From assembly GCA_965205835.1 (NCBI GenBank), contig OZ242182.1:2236226-2300225 (forward strand): a DNA stretch of 64,000 nucleotides. Reading direction: 5' to 3'. Both the position numbers and the translations under genes were made by a program. The notes beneath the pieces were generated by a model that worked only from the letters and a program-made list of their open reading frames with translations, made no database searches and was not told the DNA's origin. This DNA is from Nitrospinales bacterium (lineage in GTDB: Bacteria; Nitrospinota; Nitrospinia; Nitrospinales; VA-1). Shown one piece after another: positions 41,754 to 52,058 of this stretch (its first letter is position 1; each line of letters opens with the position of its first letter).

Positions 41754-41990
41754 ATGAAAGCTGAAGAAGTCCGAGGGCTTTCCGAAAAAGAACGGGAAGA
41801 GAAAATAGTCGACATTGGCCAGGAAATATTTAACCTAAGGTTGCAATTGGCCACGGGAAAGATAGAAAATCCTGGCCGCCTTCGGTTTCTTAGAAGAGAT
41901 ATTGCTCGGTTGAAAACGATCCAGAACGAAACCCGGGCTTCTGAGAAAAGTTCAGCGAAACAGGAAAATAAAGCAGGTTCTGATAAATAA
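41754..41990 (+). CDS. rpmC: 50S ribosomal protein L29 with a C-terminal extension
   Basis: FNLRLQLATGKIENPGRL...RRDIARLKTI; real start ATG 41754. Confidence 0.95.
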   Translation: MKAEEVRGLSEKEREEKIVDIGQEIFNLRLQLATGKIENPGRLRFLRRDIARLKTIQNETRASEKSSAKQENKAGSDK

Positions 41991-42041
41991 AGCTCGGGTT
42001 TTTGAGTAACCCCGAGCATTAAACAGGAATAGGAAAAGCTT

Positions 42042-42314
42042 TTGCGGAAAACGACTAGAAAAACCCTGATGGGCCTTGTGGTGAGTAACAAAATGGATAA
42101 AACCGTTGTTGTGCGAGTGGAGCGAAAGTTTATTCATCCTAAATTCAAAAAAGTGGTGAAGAGTTCCCGCAAATTCAGCGCCCACGACGAAAAGAACGAA
42201 TGCTGTCCTGGTGATTTCATCAGCATCCGCGAAACCCGGCCTTTGAGTAAAACCAAGTGCTGGCGTTTAGTGGAAATCATCAAGAAGGGCGAGGAGGCGG
42301 ATAAAGCGTCATGA
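42042..42314 (+). CDS. rpsQ: 30S ribosomal protein S17
   Basis: [20 protein letters not shown]. Confidence 0.97.
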   Translation: MRKTTRKTLMGLVVSNKMDKTVVVRVERKFIHPKFKKVVKSSRKFSAHDEKNECCPGDFISIRETRPLSKTKCWRLVEIIKKGEEADKAS

Positions 42315-42679
42315 TTCAACTACGAACCGTATTAGATGTGGCAGACAATTCCGGAGCCAAGGTGGTTCAGTGCATCAAGGTGCTGGGAGGGTCGCGTCGC
42401 CGTTATGCCCGCATTGGGGATGTTATTGTGGTCGCGGTCAGAGAAGTTGATCCGCAAAGCAGTCTTAAAAAAGGTGAGGTGAAAAAGGCTGTGGTGGTGA
42501 GAACCCGTAAAGAGATCCGCCGCTCTAATGGAACTTATATCAAGTTTGATAATAATGCCGCTGTTCTTATCGGTGACACTAAAGAGCCGGTTGGAACGCG
42601 AATTTTTGGCCCGGTGGGCCGTGAGCTGCGTGCTAAACGCTATATGAAAATTCTTTCGCTTGCTCCGGAGGTGTTGTAG
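42311..42679 (+). CDS. rplN: 50S ribosomal protein L14
   Basis: [28 protein letters not shown]. Confidence 0.98.
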   Translation: MIQLRTVLDVADNSGAKVVQCIKVLGGSRRRYARIGDVIVVAVREVDPQSSLKKGEVKKAVVVRTRKEIRRSNGTYIKFDNNAAVLIGDTKEPVGTRIFGPVGRELRAKRYMKILSLAPEVL

Positions 42680-43017
42680 TGAAAAGGGTTTCTTACAAGC
42701 GCCACCTGAAAAAAGACGATATCGTTCAGGTGATTGCTGGAAAGGAAAAGGGAAAGAAGGGGAAATTACTGGCCATTTTTCCGGAAGAACAACTGGTGAC
42801 GATTGAAAAACTCAATATGGTTAAGCGTCATATGAAAGGCGACGGCAAGTCCCGGCAACCCGGCATTATAGAGAAGGAAGGTAAGATTCATATCTCCAAT
42901 GTCCTGCTAGTCAGCGACAAGGTGGGTAAAGGAGTGCGAACCAAGCTGAAAAAGCTTGAAGATGGAAAACGAGTCCGCGTTTGTACGAAAACCGGCGATG
43001 TCTTGGATAAGGTGTAG
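42679..43017 (+). CDS. rplX: 50S ribosomal protein L24
   Basis: KOW motif [21 protein letters not shown]. Confidence 0.97.
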   Translation: MKRVSYKRHLKKDDIVQVIAGKEKGKKGKLLAIFPEEQLVTIEKLNMVKRHMKGDGKSRQPGIIEKEGKIHISNVLLVSDKVGKGVRTKLKKLEDGKRVRVCTKTGDVLDKV

Positions 43018-43018
43018 C

Positions 43019-43558
43019 ATGGCAAATTTAAAGGCAGCCTATTTTGAAAAGCATCAAGCTGTCATCCAGAAGGAATTGGGTTTTGGTAATGTGATGCAGG
43101 TTCCCATGATGACAAAGATTACTGTCAATATGGGGTTGGGTGAGGCATTGCAGAACTCCAAATTGATCAAGTCGGGAATCGATCAGTTGCGCGTGATTAC
43201 CGGGCAACAGCCCGTAATTACTAAAGCGAAAAAATCCATTTCCAATTTCAAATTACGGGAAGGGGTTTCCATCGGTCTTAAAGTAACTCTCAGGGGAAAC
43301 AGGATGTATGAGTTTTATGAGCGGTTGGTCTCGTTTGCGCTTCCCAGGGTTCGAGACTTTAAGGGTTTGCCTCCCAAGGCGTTCGATGGGCGAGGCAACT
43401 ACACGATTGGGATTAAAGAGCAATTGATCTTCCCGGAAATTGAGTTTGATAAGATTGAGAAGGTAAAGGGGATGAATATCACGATCACCACCTCAGCTAG
43501 GAATGATGAGCAGGGCCGGTGTTTGTTGACCCATATGGGGCTACCGATTAGAAAGTAA
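43019..43558 (+). CDS. rplE: 50S ribosomal protein L5
   Basis: [27 protein letters not shown]; start ATG 43019. Confidence 0.97.
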   Translation: MANLKAAYFEKHQAVIQKELGFGNVMQVPMMTKITVNMGLGEALQNSKLIKSGIDQLRVITGQQPVITKAKKSISNFKLREGVSIGLKVTLRGNRMYEFYERLVSFALPRVRDFKGLPPKAFDGRGNYTIGIKEQLIFPEIEFDKIEKVKGMNITITTSARNDEQGRCLLTHMGLPIRK

Positions 43559-43564
43559 AGGAAT

Positions 43565-43750
43565 ATGGCAAAGAAATCACTAATCGCCAAGGCGAAGCGG
43601 GAACAGAAATTTAAAGTACGCCAGTATAACCGATGTCACATTTGCGGCAGGCCGCGGGCGTTCCTCCGTAAATTTGGCATGTGCCGGATTTGTTTTAGGG
43701 AAAGAGCTTTGCGCGGTGAGATACCAGGTGTTACCAAGGCGAGTTGGTAG
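43565..43750 (+). CDS. rpsN: 30S ribosomal protein S14, type Z (Zn-binding)
   Basis: RCHICGR...[18 protein letters not shown]. Confidence 0.97.
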   Translation: MAKKSLIAKAKREQKFKVRQYNRCHICGRPRAFLRKFGMCRICFRERALRGEIPGVTKASW

Positions 43751-43787
43751 TTTAATATAATTATTTTTTTTGGGAGTAAAGTTCTAC

Positions 43788-44180
43788 ATGATGACCGATC
43801 CTATCGCTGATCTGTTTACCCGTATTCGAAACGGGTTGATGGTCGGACATCCGAGAGTTGATGTCCCCGACTCAAAGATGAAAGCTCGTATCGTGGAAAT
43901 TTTAAAGGACGAGGGGTATATCAAAAATTTCCGGATATATGATGATAATTTGCAGGGGATCATCCGGGTGTATTTGAAGTATAAAGATGGCCAGCCGGTG
44001 ATTCGCGGGATCAAGCGAATCAGTAAACCCGGACGGAGAAACTATGTCAAGCGGGATGAGGTCCCCAAGGTTCTTAACGGGCTGGGGCTTGCCATCCTGT
44101 CCACCTCTTCGGGGGTGATGACCGATCGTGAATGCAGGGGAAAAGGGGTTGGGGGAGAAGTGCTGGGTCACATCTGGTAA
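43788..44180 (+). CDS. rpsH: 30S ribosomal protein S8
   Basis: [30 protein letters not shown]. Confidence 0.97.
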   Translation: MMTDPIADLFTRIRNGLMVGHPRVDVPDSKMKARIVEILKDEGYIKNFRIYDDNLQGIIRVYLKYKDGQPVIRGIKRISKPGRRNYVKRDEVPKVLNGLGLAILSTSSGVMTDRECRGKGVGGEVLGHIW

Positions 44181-44254
44181 ACCTCTGTGGGGGTCAATCA
44201 TCCTTTTTAGAAACAAATACTTAATTAAAACTGAAATTTTATAGAAGAGTTAAC

Positions 44255-44800
44255 ATGTCTCGAATTGGAAAAAAGCCGATCACTGTGCCTTCTGGGGTAG
44301 ATTTGAAAGTCAATGGGTCAAACGTAGCGGTAAAAGGACCCAAGGGGCAGTTGCAGCGCGACCTGCATCCCAGTATGAAGATTGAGTTGAAGGATGGTAT
44401 GGTGAGCGTGATTCGACCGACTGACGGAAGGCTGGATCGCTCCCTACACGGGCTGACGCGTACCCTGATCAATAATATGGTGGTGGGGGTTACGGATGGT
44501 TACTCCATCCAACTTAATATTGTCGGAGTGGGTTATAAGGTGGATATCAAGGGTAAAAACCTGGTCTTAAATCTTGGGCATTCTCATGCGATCAACTACC
44601 CGGCTCCTGAGGGCATTGAGTTTGATGTGGACAATAAAAAAAATGCGATCGTTATAAAAGGAGCCAATAAAGAACGGGTTGGACAGACTGCTGCGGAGAT
44701 TCGCGGTTTTCGTCCGCCGGAACCTTATAAGGGAAAAGGGGTCATGTACTCCACGGAAAGAATACGCAGAAAGGCCGGTAAAGCGGCGACTAAAGGGTAA
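44255..44800 (+). CDS. rplF: 50S ribosomal protein L6
   Basis: MSRIGKKPI, RPPEPYKGKG. Confidence 0.98.
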   Translation: MSRIGKKPITVPSGVDLKVNGSNVAVKGPKGQLQRDLHPSMKIELKDGMVSVIRPTDGRLDRSLHGLTRTLINNMVVGVTDGYSIQLNIVGVGYKVDIKGKNLVLNLGHSHAINYPAPEGIEFDVDNKKNAIVIKGANKERVGQTAAEIRGFRPPEPYKGKGVMYSTERIRRKAGKAATKG

Positions 44801-44804
44801 TCTT

Positions 44805-45170
44805 ATGAAAACCTCTGAACGGGAACGGCTGCGACTGCAAAGAAAAAAAAGGATTAAGCTCAAAGCACAGAAACAAACGAGCCGACTCCGGTTGACAGTG
44901 TTCCGAAGCACCAAACATATGTATGCTCAAATTGTTGATGACAATGAAGGCAAAACCCTTGTGGCGATGTCAACACTTTCTCCAAACTTCAGAGAGCGGA
45001 TGAAGGCTGGAGGCAACCTCAAAGCGGCAACGTTGGTGGGTTCTCTCGTCGGTGAAGCGGCGGTAGCTAAGGGCATCAAAGAAGTTTATTACGACCGAAA
45101 CGGATTTCTGTATGCCGGGCGTGTCAAGGCTTTGGCCGATGCGGTTCGGGAAAAAGGAATAAAATTTTAA
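44805..45170 (+). CDS. rplR: 50S ribosomal protein L18
   Basis: RLTVFRSTKHMYAQ, DRNGFLYAGRV; start ATG 44805. Confidence 0.97.
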   Translation: MKTSERERLRLQRKKRIKLKAQKQTSRLRLTVFRSTKHMYAQIVDDNEGKTLVAMSTLSPNFRERMKAGGNLKAATLVGSLVGEAAVAKGIKEVYYDRNGFLYAGRVKALADAVREKGIKF

Positions 45171-45188
45171 TCCATAACGCAGGAGGAA

Positions 45189-45674
45189 GTGTTGCGACAA
45201 CGGGACCAGGACAAACCCACAGATTTTGTTGATAAGATTGTCAAAATCAACCGTGTGGCCAAGGTTGTGAAAGGCGGTCGTCGTTTCAGCTTCAGTGCGT
45301 TGGTGGTGGTTGGCAATCGGGAAGGCAAGGTTGGCTGGGGTTTGGGAAAGGCCAATGAGGTTCCTGAAGCAATACGCAAAGGTGTGGAGAAAGCCAAGAG
45401 GGACATGGTAACAGTGAGCCTCGAGGGTTCTTCCATCCCTCATGAAGTGATAGGGGCTTATGGGTCGGGCCGGGTCTTGATGAAGCCGGCGTCAAGAGGT
45501 ACCGGTTTGATAGCAGGAGGTGCTGTCCGGGCAGTTTTGGAGGCGGTTGGTGTTCGCGATATTTTGACTAAATGTTTGCGTACCAATAACCCGCATAACG
45601 TGGTCAAGGCGACCATTCAAGGGTTGACTGTTTTGCGTGACGCAAAAGAATGTGTCCGCATGCGCGGCAAATAA
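45189..45674 (+). CDS. rpsE: 30S ribosomal protein S5
   Basis: [28 protein letters not shown]. Confidence 0.98.
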   Translation: MLRQRDQDKPTDFVDKIVKINRVAKVVKGGRRFSFSALVVVGNREGKVGWGLGKANEVPEAIRKGVEKAKRDMVTVSLEGSSIPHEVIGAYGSGRVLMKPASRGTGLIAGGAVRAVLEAVGVRDILTKCLRTNNPHNVVKATIQGLTVLRDAKECVRMRGK

Positions 45675-45703
45675 TGGGCCCCGAATTTTACTGAGGATTA
45701 AGA

Positions 45704-46138
45704 ATGTTGCGTTTATCAAATTTGAAGGGGCCAGACCGAAAACATAGAAAACGGATAGGCCGTGGTATTGGCTCTGGGACCGGAAAAACTTCTGGCAAGG
45801 GACAAAAGGGGCAGAAATCTCGTTCAGGTGGAAGTCCACATCCGTGGTTTGAGGGTGGGCAGATGCCGCTTCAGCGAAGGTTGCCCAAGCGTGGGTTTAT
45901 CAATATCTTTAAGAAACAGTTTGAGGTCGTTAATGTGGGCGATTTGGCTCGCTGTGCCGGGGTTGACCCGGTGACCCCGAAAGTGATGAAGGAAAAGGGG
46001 TTGATCAAAAAAACTGAACTAGTGAAAATTCTGGGATGTGGCGAGCTGAAGGAATCGTTGAATGTTCATGCGCATAAATTCAGTGGTTCGGCGCAGGCCA
46101 AAATTGAAAAATCCGGAGGAAAGGCTGTTAGCCTCTAA
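45704..46138 (+). CDS. rplO: 50S ribosomal protein L15
   Basis: [41 protein letters not shown]. Confidence 0.98.
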   Translation: MLRLSNLKGPDRKHRKRIGRGIGSGTGKTSGKGQKGQKSRSGGSPHPWFEGGQMPLQRRLPKRGFINIFKKQFEVVNVGDLARCAGVDPVTPKVMKEKGLIKKTELVKILGCGELKESLNVHAHKFSGSAQAKIEKSGGKAVSL

Positions 46139-47455
46139 ATGAGCGGTGCTGAGAGTTTTGGCAATATTTTTCGTGTGCCCGAGCTGAAAAAACGGATTCT
46201 TTTCACGCTTGCGCTTATAGTTGTTTATCGGATCGGTGCTCATATCCCGACTCCGGGAATCAACTCTGTGGCGTTGGCAGAATTGTTTGCTCGGGCCCAG
46301 GGCACTATCCTGGGATTTTTCGATATGTTCTCCGGCGGTGCGTTAAGCCGGTTGACGATATTTGCGTTGGGCATCATGCCCTATATCAGCTCATCGATCA
46401 TCCTGCAGCTGATGACGATTGTTTCTCCCACCTTGGCAAGATTGAAAAAGGAAGGGGAGCAGGGGCAGAAAAAAATCACCCAGTACACCCGGTATGGGAC
46501 GGTGGTGCTGAGTACGATTCAGGGTTCCGGAATCGCTGTGGGACTGGAAGCAATGAAAAGCCCGAGCGGGGGAATGATTGTCCATGAACCGGGTTGGTCG
46601 TTTCGAATGATGACGGTTTTGACCCTGACCGCTGGAACTTGTTTTTTGATGTGGTTGGGTGAACAGATTACCGAGCGAGGGATCGGAAATGGAATTTCCC
46701 TGATTATTTTTTCCGGGATTGTTGCCGGAACTCCGGCGGCAATTTTTCAGTCAATGGACTTGATGGGTACGGGCGAAATGTCGGTGCTCGTTATGTTGTT
46801 CCTTCTGGTATTGATGGTTGCGGTGGTTGGGGCCATCGTTTTTACGGAAGGAGGGCAACGCAGGATTCCGATCCAATACGCGAAACGGGTGGTGGGTCGG
46901 AAAATGATGGGTGGCCAGGCAACGCATCTGCCTTTGAAGGTCAATACGTCGGGGGTTATCCCGCCGATTTTTGCTTCGTCCATCATCATGTTTCCGGCGA
47001 CGATTGCCCAGTTTATCAGTCACCCGTGGATGCAGACGGTTTCGGCGATGTTGACCCCCGGAACCATTGTGTACAGTCTGATTTTTGTTGGAGCGGTGTT
47101 TTTCTTTTGCTATTTCTATACGGCCGTCATTTTCAACCCGGTTGATGTGGCGGACAATATGAAAAAGCATGGAGGGTTTGTGCCGGGAATCAGGCCGGGG
47201 GCGAAGACTTCCGAGTACATCGACACGATCCTTTCAAGGATCACGTTTTATGGGGCAACGTATCTTTCTTTAGTCTGTATTTTGCCGGATTATTTGATAA
47301 AATACTTCAATATCCCGTTTTACTTTGGTGGAACAAGCCTTTTGATCGTTGTGGGTGTTTCTTTGGATACTATGCAACAAATTGAGTCTCACCTGGTCAT
47401 GAGAAATTACGACGGTTTTGTTAAAAAGGGGCGATTGAAAAGCCGAAGAGGCTGA
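46139..47455 (+). CDS. secY: Preprotein translocase SecY
   Basis: [42 protein letters not shown]-like VPGIRPG and [11 protein letters not shown]. Confidence 0.98.
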   Translation: MSGAESFGNIFRVPELKKRILFTLALIVVYRIGAHIPTPGINSVALAELFARAQGTILGFFDMFSGGALSRLTIFALGIMPYISSSIILQLMTIVSPTLARLKKEGEQGQKKITQYTRYGTVVLSTIQGSGIAVGLEAMKSPSGGMIVHEPGWSFRMMTVLTLTAGTCFLMWLGEQITERGIGNGISLIIFSGIVAGTPAAIFQSMDLMGTGEMSVLVMLFLLVLMVAVVGAIVFTEGGQRRIPIQYAKRVVGRKMMGGQATHLPLKVNTSGVIPPIFASSIIMFPATIAQFISHPWMQTVSAMLTPGTIVYSLIFVGAVFFFCYFYTAVIFNPVDVADNMKKHGGFVPGIRPGAKTSEYIDTILSRITFYGATYLSLVCILPDYLIKYFNIPFYFGGTSLLIVVGVSLDTMQQIESHLVMRNYDGFVKKGRLKSRRG

Positions 47456-47458
47456 TTA

Positions 47459-48100
47459 ATGAGATTGATTCTTTTAGGCCCACCGGGAGCTGGAAAAGGC
47501 ACCCAGGCTAAAATGTTGAAAGAAAGATTTCAGATCCCGCAGGTATCCACTGGTGATATTTTAAGGCAGGCGGTTAAGGATAATACGGAGCTGGGCATTC
47601 AGGCCAAATCGTTTATGGATGTGGGTCAGCTGGTTCCGGATGATGTAGTGATCGGCTTGATAAGGAAGCGTATCAAGCAGGCCGATTGTGAAACAGGGTT
47701 TATCTTGGATGGGTTTCCACGGACCATCGTTCAGGCCGAAAAACTTTTGGAAAACTTGACCGAAATGGGCTTGACGATTGATAATGTAGTGGACTTGGAA
47801 GTTGATGCCGAAGAGGTGATCAACCGGTTGACCGGACGAAGCACCTGCCTGGATTGTGGCAGCATGTTTCATGAGGAATCCCGACCTCCAAAAGTTCCGG
47901 GGGTTTGTGACGGTTGCGGTGGTACCTTGGCTCAGAGGCAGGACGACCATAAGGATACGATTTTGAAGCGGCTGGAGGTTTATCAAGAATCCACCGCACC
48001 CTTAAAGCAGTTTTATAAGAAGCAGGGAAATCTGAAAACAGTAGTAGCCAGAGGATCTGTAGAAGAAATTTTTTCCTGCGTTTTAGAAATGGTAAAGTAG
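47459..48100 (+). CDS. adk: Adenylate kinase with a C4 Zn-binding LID
   Basis: GPPGAGKGTQ, ILDGFPRT, CLDC...CDGC. Confidence 0.98.
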   Translation: MRLILLGPPGAGKGTQAKMLKERFQIPQVSTGDILRQAVKDNTELGIQAKSFMDVGQLVPDDVVIGLIRKRIKQADCETGFILDGFPRTIVQAEKLLENLTEMGLTIDNVVDLEVDAEEVINRLTGRSTCLDCGSMFHEESRPPKVPGVCDGCGGTLAQRQDDHKDTILKRLEVYQESTAPLKQFYKKQGNLKTVVARGSVEEIFSCVLEMVK

Positions 48101-48103
48101 CGG

Positions 48104-48322
48104 ATGTCTAAAGAAGAATCTATAGAAGTAGAAGGCACCATACTTGAGCCATTGCCGAACGCGATGTTTCGGGTGAAGCTGGAGAACGGCCATAAGGTAC
48201 TGGCCCATATATCCGGGAAAATGCGGATGCATTTTATCCGTATCCTGTCTGGAGACAAGGTGAAGGTGCAGCTTTCCCCTTATGATTTGACCCGGGGACG
48301 GATCACCTATCGGTATAAATAG
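48104..48322 (+). CDS. infA: Translation initiation factor IF-1
   Basis: [25 protein letters not shown]. Confidence 0.98.
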   Translation: MSKEESIEVEGTILEPLPNAMFRVKLENGHKVLAHISGKMRMHFIRILSGDKVKVQLSPYDLTRGRITYRYK

Positions 48323-48337
48323 AAAGAGGACGGAACC

Positions 48338-48451
48338 ATGAAGGTCAGGGCATCGGTCAAGCCAATTTGTATGAAATGCAAAGTCATTCGCCGTCGTGGA
48401 GTTGTGCGGGTTATTTGTGAGAACCCGAAGCATAAGCAACGACAGGGTTAA
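48338..48451 (+). CDS. rpmJ: 50S ribosomal protein L36, Zn-binding type (not in the ORF track)
   Basis: Manual translation: [37 protein letters not shown]. Confidence 0.97.
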   Translation: MKVRASVKPICMKCKVIRRRGVVRVICENPKHKQRQG

Positions 48452-48469
48452 TTTCCTAAAGGAGAAGCA

Positions 48470-48841
48470 GTGGCAAGAATAGCGGGTGTAGATATTCCCA
48501 AGGATAGACAGGCAAAAATCGCCCTGACCTACATATATGGGGTCGGGCCAAATATCTCTCGGGATATCCTGAAAAAAGCCCAGGTTGGGGAAGAAGTCAG
48601 AATGAAAGATCTGACCGAAGAAGAGGTGACCCGAATCCGTAGTGTTATCGATAAAGATTATGAAGTGGAAGGTGATTTGAGACGTAATGTCAGCATGAAT
48701 ATTAAACGTTTGATGGATATAGGTGCCTATAGAGGGCTTCGCCATCGTAAAGGGTTGCCGGTTAGGGGGCAAAGGACGCATACCAACGGCAGAACCCGAA
48801 AAGGCCCGAAGAAAACCGTGGGCGCACGAGCAAAAAAATAA
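48470..48841 (+). CDS. rpsM: 30S ribosomal protein S13
   Basis: [30 protein letters not shown]. Confidence 0.98.
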   Translation: MARIAGVDIPKDRQAKIALTYIYGVGPNISRDILKKAQVGEEVRMKDLTEEEVTRIRSVIDKDYEVEGDLRRNVSMNIKRLMDIGAYRGLRHRKGLPVRGQRTHTNGRTRKGPKKTVGARAKK

Positions 48842-48853
48842 GGACAAAGATTA

Positions 48854-49243
48854 ATGGATAAAAAAGCAAAAAGCGGTAAAAAAAGGCAAAAGACGGTGCC
48901 GGAAGTAGGGGTGGCCCATATTCAGGCCACGTTCAATAATACTATTGTCACCATTTCAGACATGTCTGGGAATGTGGTGTCTTGGTCTAGCGCTGGTGCT
49001 CAAGGCTTTAAGGGCTCAAGAAAAAGCACCCCGTTTGCAGCACAGGTGGCGGCCGACAAAGCCGCTATTAAAGCACGGGATATGGGGATGAGAAAGTTGG
49101 AGGTTCATGTTAAAGGCCCTGGATCGGGACGAGAGTCCGCAATACGATCTTTGCAGGCTGCGGGAATGGAAGTTCTTGTTATTCGTGACAGGACCCCGAT
49201 TCCGCACAATGGTTGCCGCCCAAGAAAGCGTCGCAGGGTTTAA
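48854..49243 (+). CDS. rpsK: 30S ribosomal protein S11
   Basis: [26 protein letters not shown]. Confidence 0.98.
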   Translation: MDKKAKSGKKRQKTVPEVGVAHIQATFNNTIVTISDMSGNVVSWSSAGAQGFKGSRKSTPFAAQVAADKAAIKARDMGMRKLEVHVKGPGSGRESAIRSLQAAGMEVLVIRDRTPIPHNGCRPRKRRRV

Positions 49244-49272
49244 TTGCATAAAAGCGAAAGGAGAAGCTGAAT

Positions 49273-49899
49273 TTGGCCAGGTATACAGGTTCTGTCTGCC
49301 GACTTTGTCGGCGAGAAGGCATAAAATTATATTTAAAAGGTTCTCGTTGCGAGACGGTAAAATGCGCTATAGAAAAAAGACCGTACCCGCCAGGCCAGCA
49401 TGGCCAGGGCAGGAAAAAGTTCTCGGAATATGGGGTGCAGCTTCGTGAAAAGCAAAAAGTAAAGCGGATTTACGGCGTACTGGAAAAACAATTTCGTAAT
49501 TACTTTTTTGCGGCAGATAAGAAAAAAGGTGTCACCGGTGAAAACCTTCTGCAAAATTTAGAGTTACGGATGGATAATGTTATTTACAGGATGGGACTGG
49601 CCTCATCCAGAAGCACAGCCCGCCAGTTGGTCAGCCACGGTCACTTTACCGTTAATGGGAAAAAGATGAATATCCCTTCCTACATTCTTGGGCAGGGAGA
49701 TACGATAGCTCTGAACCCCAATAAGGTGAAAAAAGCACCGGTTAAAAACGCGATTGAGAATATTAAAGGAAAGACTCTGCCGGATTGGCTATCGTTTGAT
49801 GCGGATAGCAAGCAGGGTGTTGTCCAGACCTTGCCTGCAAGAGAGCATGTGACTATGCCGATTGAGGAGCAGTTGATCGTCGAGCTCTACTCGCGCTAA
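49273..49899 (+). CDS. rpsD: 30S ribosomal protein S4
   Basis: [28 protein letters not shown]. Confidence 0.98.
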   Translation: MARYTGSVCRLCRREGIKLYLKGSRCETVKCAIEKRPYPPGQHGQGRKKFSEYGVQLREKQKVKRIYGVLEKQFRNYFFAADKKKGVTGENLLQNLELRMDNVIYRMGLASSRSTARQLVSHGHFTVNGKKMNIPSYILGQGDTIALNPNKVKKAPVKNAIENIKGKTLPDWLSFDADSKQGVVQTLPAREHVTMPIEEQLIVELYSR

Positions 49900-49978
49900 A
49901 ACTGGACTTGATCCGCACTACATACGAGAGACTAATTAAAAACTGTTTAAGACCCTAAATTAAGAGGTCGGAGGCTTC

Positions 49979-51007
49979 ATGTTCACAGCCCAGGAAATCG
50001 TTAAACCCAAGCGGTTAGAATTTGATAAGAAAAACAAGTCGGAATATTACGGTAAACTCAGCGCGGGTCCTTTCGAACGCGGATATGGAGTGACCATTGG
50101 CAACTCTCTAAGAAGGATGTTGTTGTCATCCATCGAAGGGGCCGCCATTGTGGCCGTAAAGTTTGAGGGAATCTTTCACGAGTTTTCTTCCATTCCAGGC
50201 GTGGTTGAAGATGTTACGGAAATTATCCTCAACCTTAAACAGGTCAACCTCAAGATGACCGGTGAAGCAGATTCTAAACGGGTTTATATCAAAGCCTCGA
50301 AATCGGGCACCATTTGTGCCAAAGATATCACGGCTGACCCGGATATGGAGGTGCTGAATCCCGATCTTCCCATTCTCACCATCGACCAGAACTGTGAGGT
50401 GGAAATGGAGATGATTGTGAAAAAAGGTCGAGGCTATGTTCCCGCCGACCGGCACAACATTGAAAATGAATCTGTGCAGATGATCCCTGTGGATTCCAGC
50501 TTTTCCCCGATCGAAAAGATCACCTATCATGTTGAGAATACCCGGGTCGGGCAATCAACAGATTATGATTCTCTGGTCATGGAATTGTGGACCAATGGAG
50601 GCATCACACCTGAAGATGCGGTGGCGCATGCTGCCAAGATTGTTAAAGATCATATGCAGATTTTTATCAATTTTGATGAAGATCCTGAACCGGTACAACC
50701 CCAAGTCGATGAGAAAAAACAGAAGGTGCTGACAAATATGGCCAAATGTGTGGAAGAGCTCGAGCTATCTGTGCGCTCCTACAATTGCCTTAAAAACGCC
50801 AACATCCAGACTATTGCCGAATTGGTTCAAAAAACCGATAGCGAAATGCTGAAAACCAGAAACTTCGGTCGCAAATCGTTGAACGAGATCAAGGAAATCC
50901 TGGAGGACATGGGACTTCATTTGGGAATGAAAGTCGATGAAGATGATCTTAAACAGATCCTTCAATCCCAGAAGAAAAAAGAGATAGATACCGAAATCGA
51001 GATGTAG
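49979..51007 (+). CDS. rpoA: RNA polymerase alpha subunit
   Basis: PFERGYGVTIGNSLRR, HEFSSIPGVVED and alpha-CTD LSVRSYNCL...NFGRKSL. Confidence 0.98.
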   Translation: MFTAQEIVKPKRLEFDKKNKSEYYGKLSAGPFERGYGVTIGNSLRRMLLSSIEGAAIVAVKFEGIFHEFSSIPGVVEDVTEIILNLKQVNLKMTGEADSKRVYIKASKSGTICAKDITADPDMEVLNPDLPILTIDQNCEVEMEMIVKKGRGYVPADRHNIENESVQMIPVDSSFSPIEKITYHVENTRVGQSTDYDSLVMELWTNGGITPEDAVAHAAKIVKDHMQIFINFDEDPEPVQPQVDEKKQKVLTNMAKCVEELELSVRSYNCLKNANIQTIAELVQKTDSEMLKTRNFGRKSLNEIKEILEDMGLHLGMKVDEDDLKQILQSQKKKEIDTEIEM

Positions 51008-51049
51008 CGGCTCTGTTCGCTGAAGTCATAAGGGGAGTGATAAACAACC

Positions 51050-51550
51050 ATGCGGCATTTAAAGGCAGGTAGAAAATTCGGAAGAAGCTCTGCTCATCGG
51101 AAAGCATTGTTCAGAAACCTTGTTGGGGCCCTTATTCAGAGAGAGCGCATCAGCACCACTTTGGCGAAAGCTAAGGAACTGCGAGGCAAGGTGGAAAAAA
51201 CAATCACACTGGGAAAAAGAGGTACGCTTCACGCTCGTCGACAAGCTTTCAAGCTGGTTCCTGCTAAAGGTGCAGTGCATAAGGTATTTGGTCCGCTGGC
51301 GGAGCGTTACGCTAATCGGTCCGGCGGATATACCCGGATCATTCGAATCGGTCACCGTAAGGGAGATGATGCGCCCATGGCTTTTATCGAGTTGGTAGAC
51401 CGCGACGGCGAGACAAAACCTCCTGCCAAAGCCGCGTCGAAAAAAGCACCGAAAGAAACCCAACCAAAAGTGACGGAAAAGAAGAAAGCCGAACCCAAAA
51501 AAGAAACTGCCAAAAGGGAAACCGCTAAAAAAGACAAGCCCAAGGAGTAA
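51050..51550 (+). CDS. rplQ: 50S ribosomal protein L17 with a Lys/Ala/Glu-rich C-terminal tail
   Basis: [27 protein letters not shown]. Confidence 0.97.
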   Translation: MRHLKAGRKFGRSSAHRKALFRNLVGALIQRERISTTLAKAKELRGKVEKTITLGKRGTLHARRQAFKLVPAKGAVHKVFGPLAERYANRSGGYTRIIRIGHRKGDDAPMAFIELVDRDGETKPPAKAASKKAPKETQPKVTEKKKAEPKKETAKRETAKKDKPKE

Positions 51551-51638
51551 GAAGTAATCCTCACTTGGTGTTGGGCTGTGATTGCAACCTGTCTGCGGTA
51601 AAAGGCTCCCACTGCACTGTGCGGGTAGCGTCAACTGG

Positions 51639-52058
51639 TTACAAGCAGTTTGGCGGCACTCCTGTAGGTCCTTGTTTAAACCTGAAGTTCGTATTTTCCT
51701 TGATATAAATCAAAAGGTCGTCATAACTCTTGAAGTGCTCGGTGAAGCCGTAATCGTCGCCAGTGTATTCGCATGATTCCGTACTGTGTTCGCGGCACAT
51801 ATAAGGCCGGTAATCGTAGATAGCGCATTTGTTGTCCGGCATTAAAAAATTGCAGCGATTGTGGATCATGATGTACCAATCTTTTCGATAGATATAAATA
51901 GAAACGTTTTCGTGCGCGAGCTTCCACAATAAGCTTTCATACTCACGCCGGTCTTCAGGTTCATCAATCCCAAACGCAAAATAATTGCAACAATAAGCCG
52001 GAAGGCATTTTTCACACTGGCTGGTGTCGTCTCGTTTGCTTTTTGTCTTTTTCGCCAT
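51639..52058 (-). CDS. YkgJ-family (CxxCxxCC) cysteine-cluster protein
   Basis: CEKCLPAYCC, then RCNFL....CAIYDYRPYMCR. Confidence 0.85.
   Translation of the reverse strand: MAKKTKSKRDDTSQCEKCLPAYCCNYFAFGIDEPEDRREYESLLWKLAHENVSIYIYRKDWYIMIHNRCNFLMPDNKCAIYDYRPYMCREHSTESCEYTGDDYGFTEHFKSYDDLLIYIKENTNFRFKQGPTGVPPNCL

Noticed and set aside
44221-44233. Shared TAATTAAAA(A)CTG motif in the rpsH-rplF and rpsD-rpoA (49933-49946) spacers
   Set aside because: It is short and AT-rich with only two copies, so it cannot be distinguished from chance without a genome-wide test.
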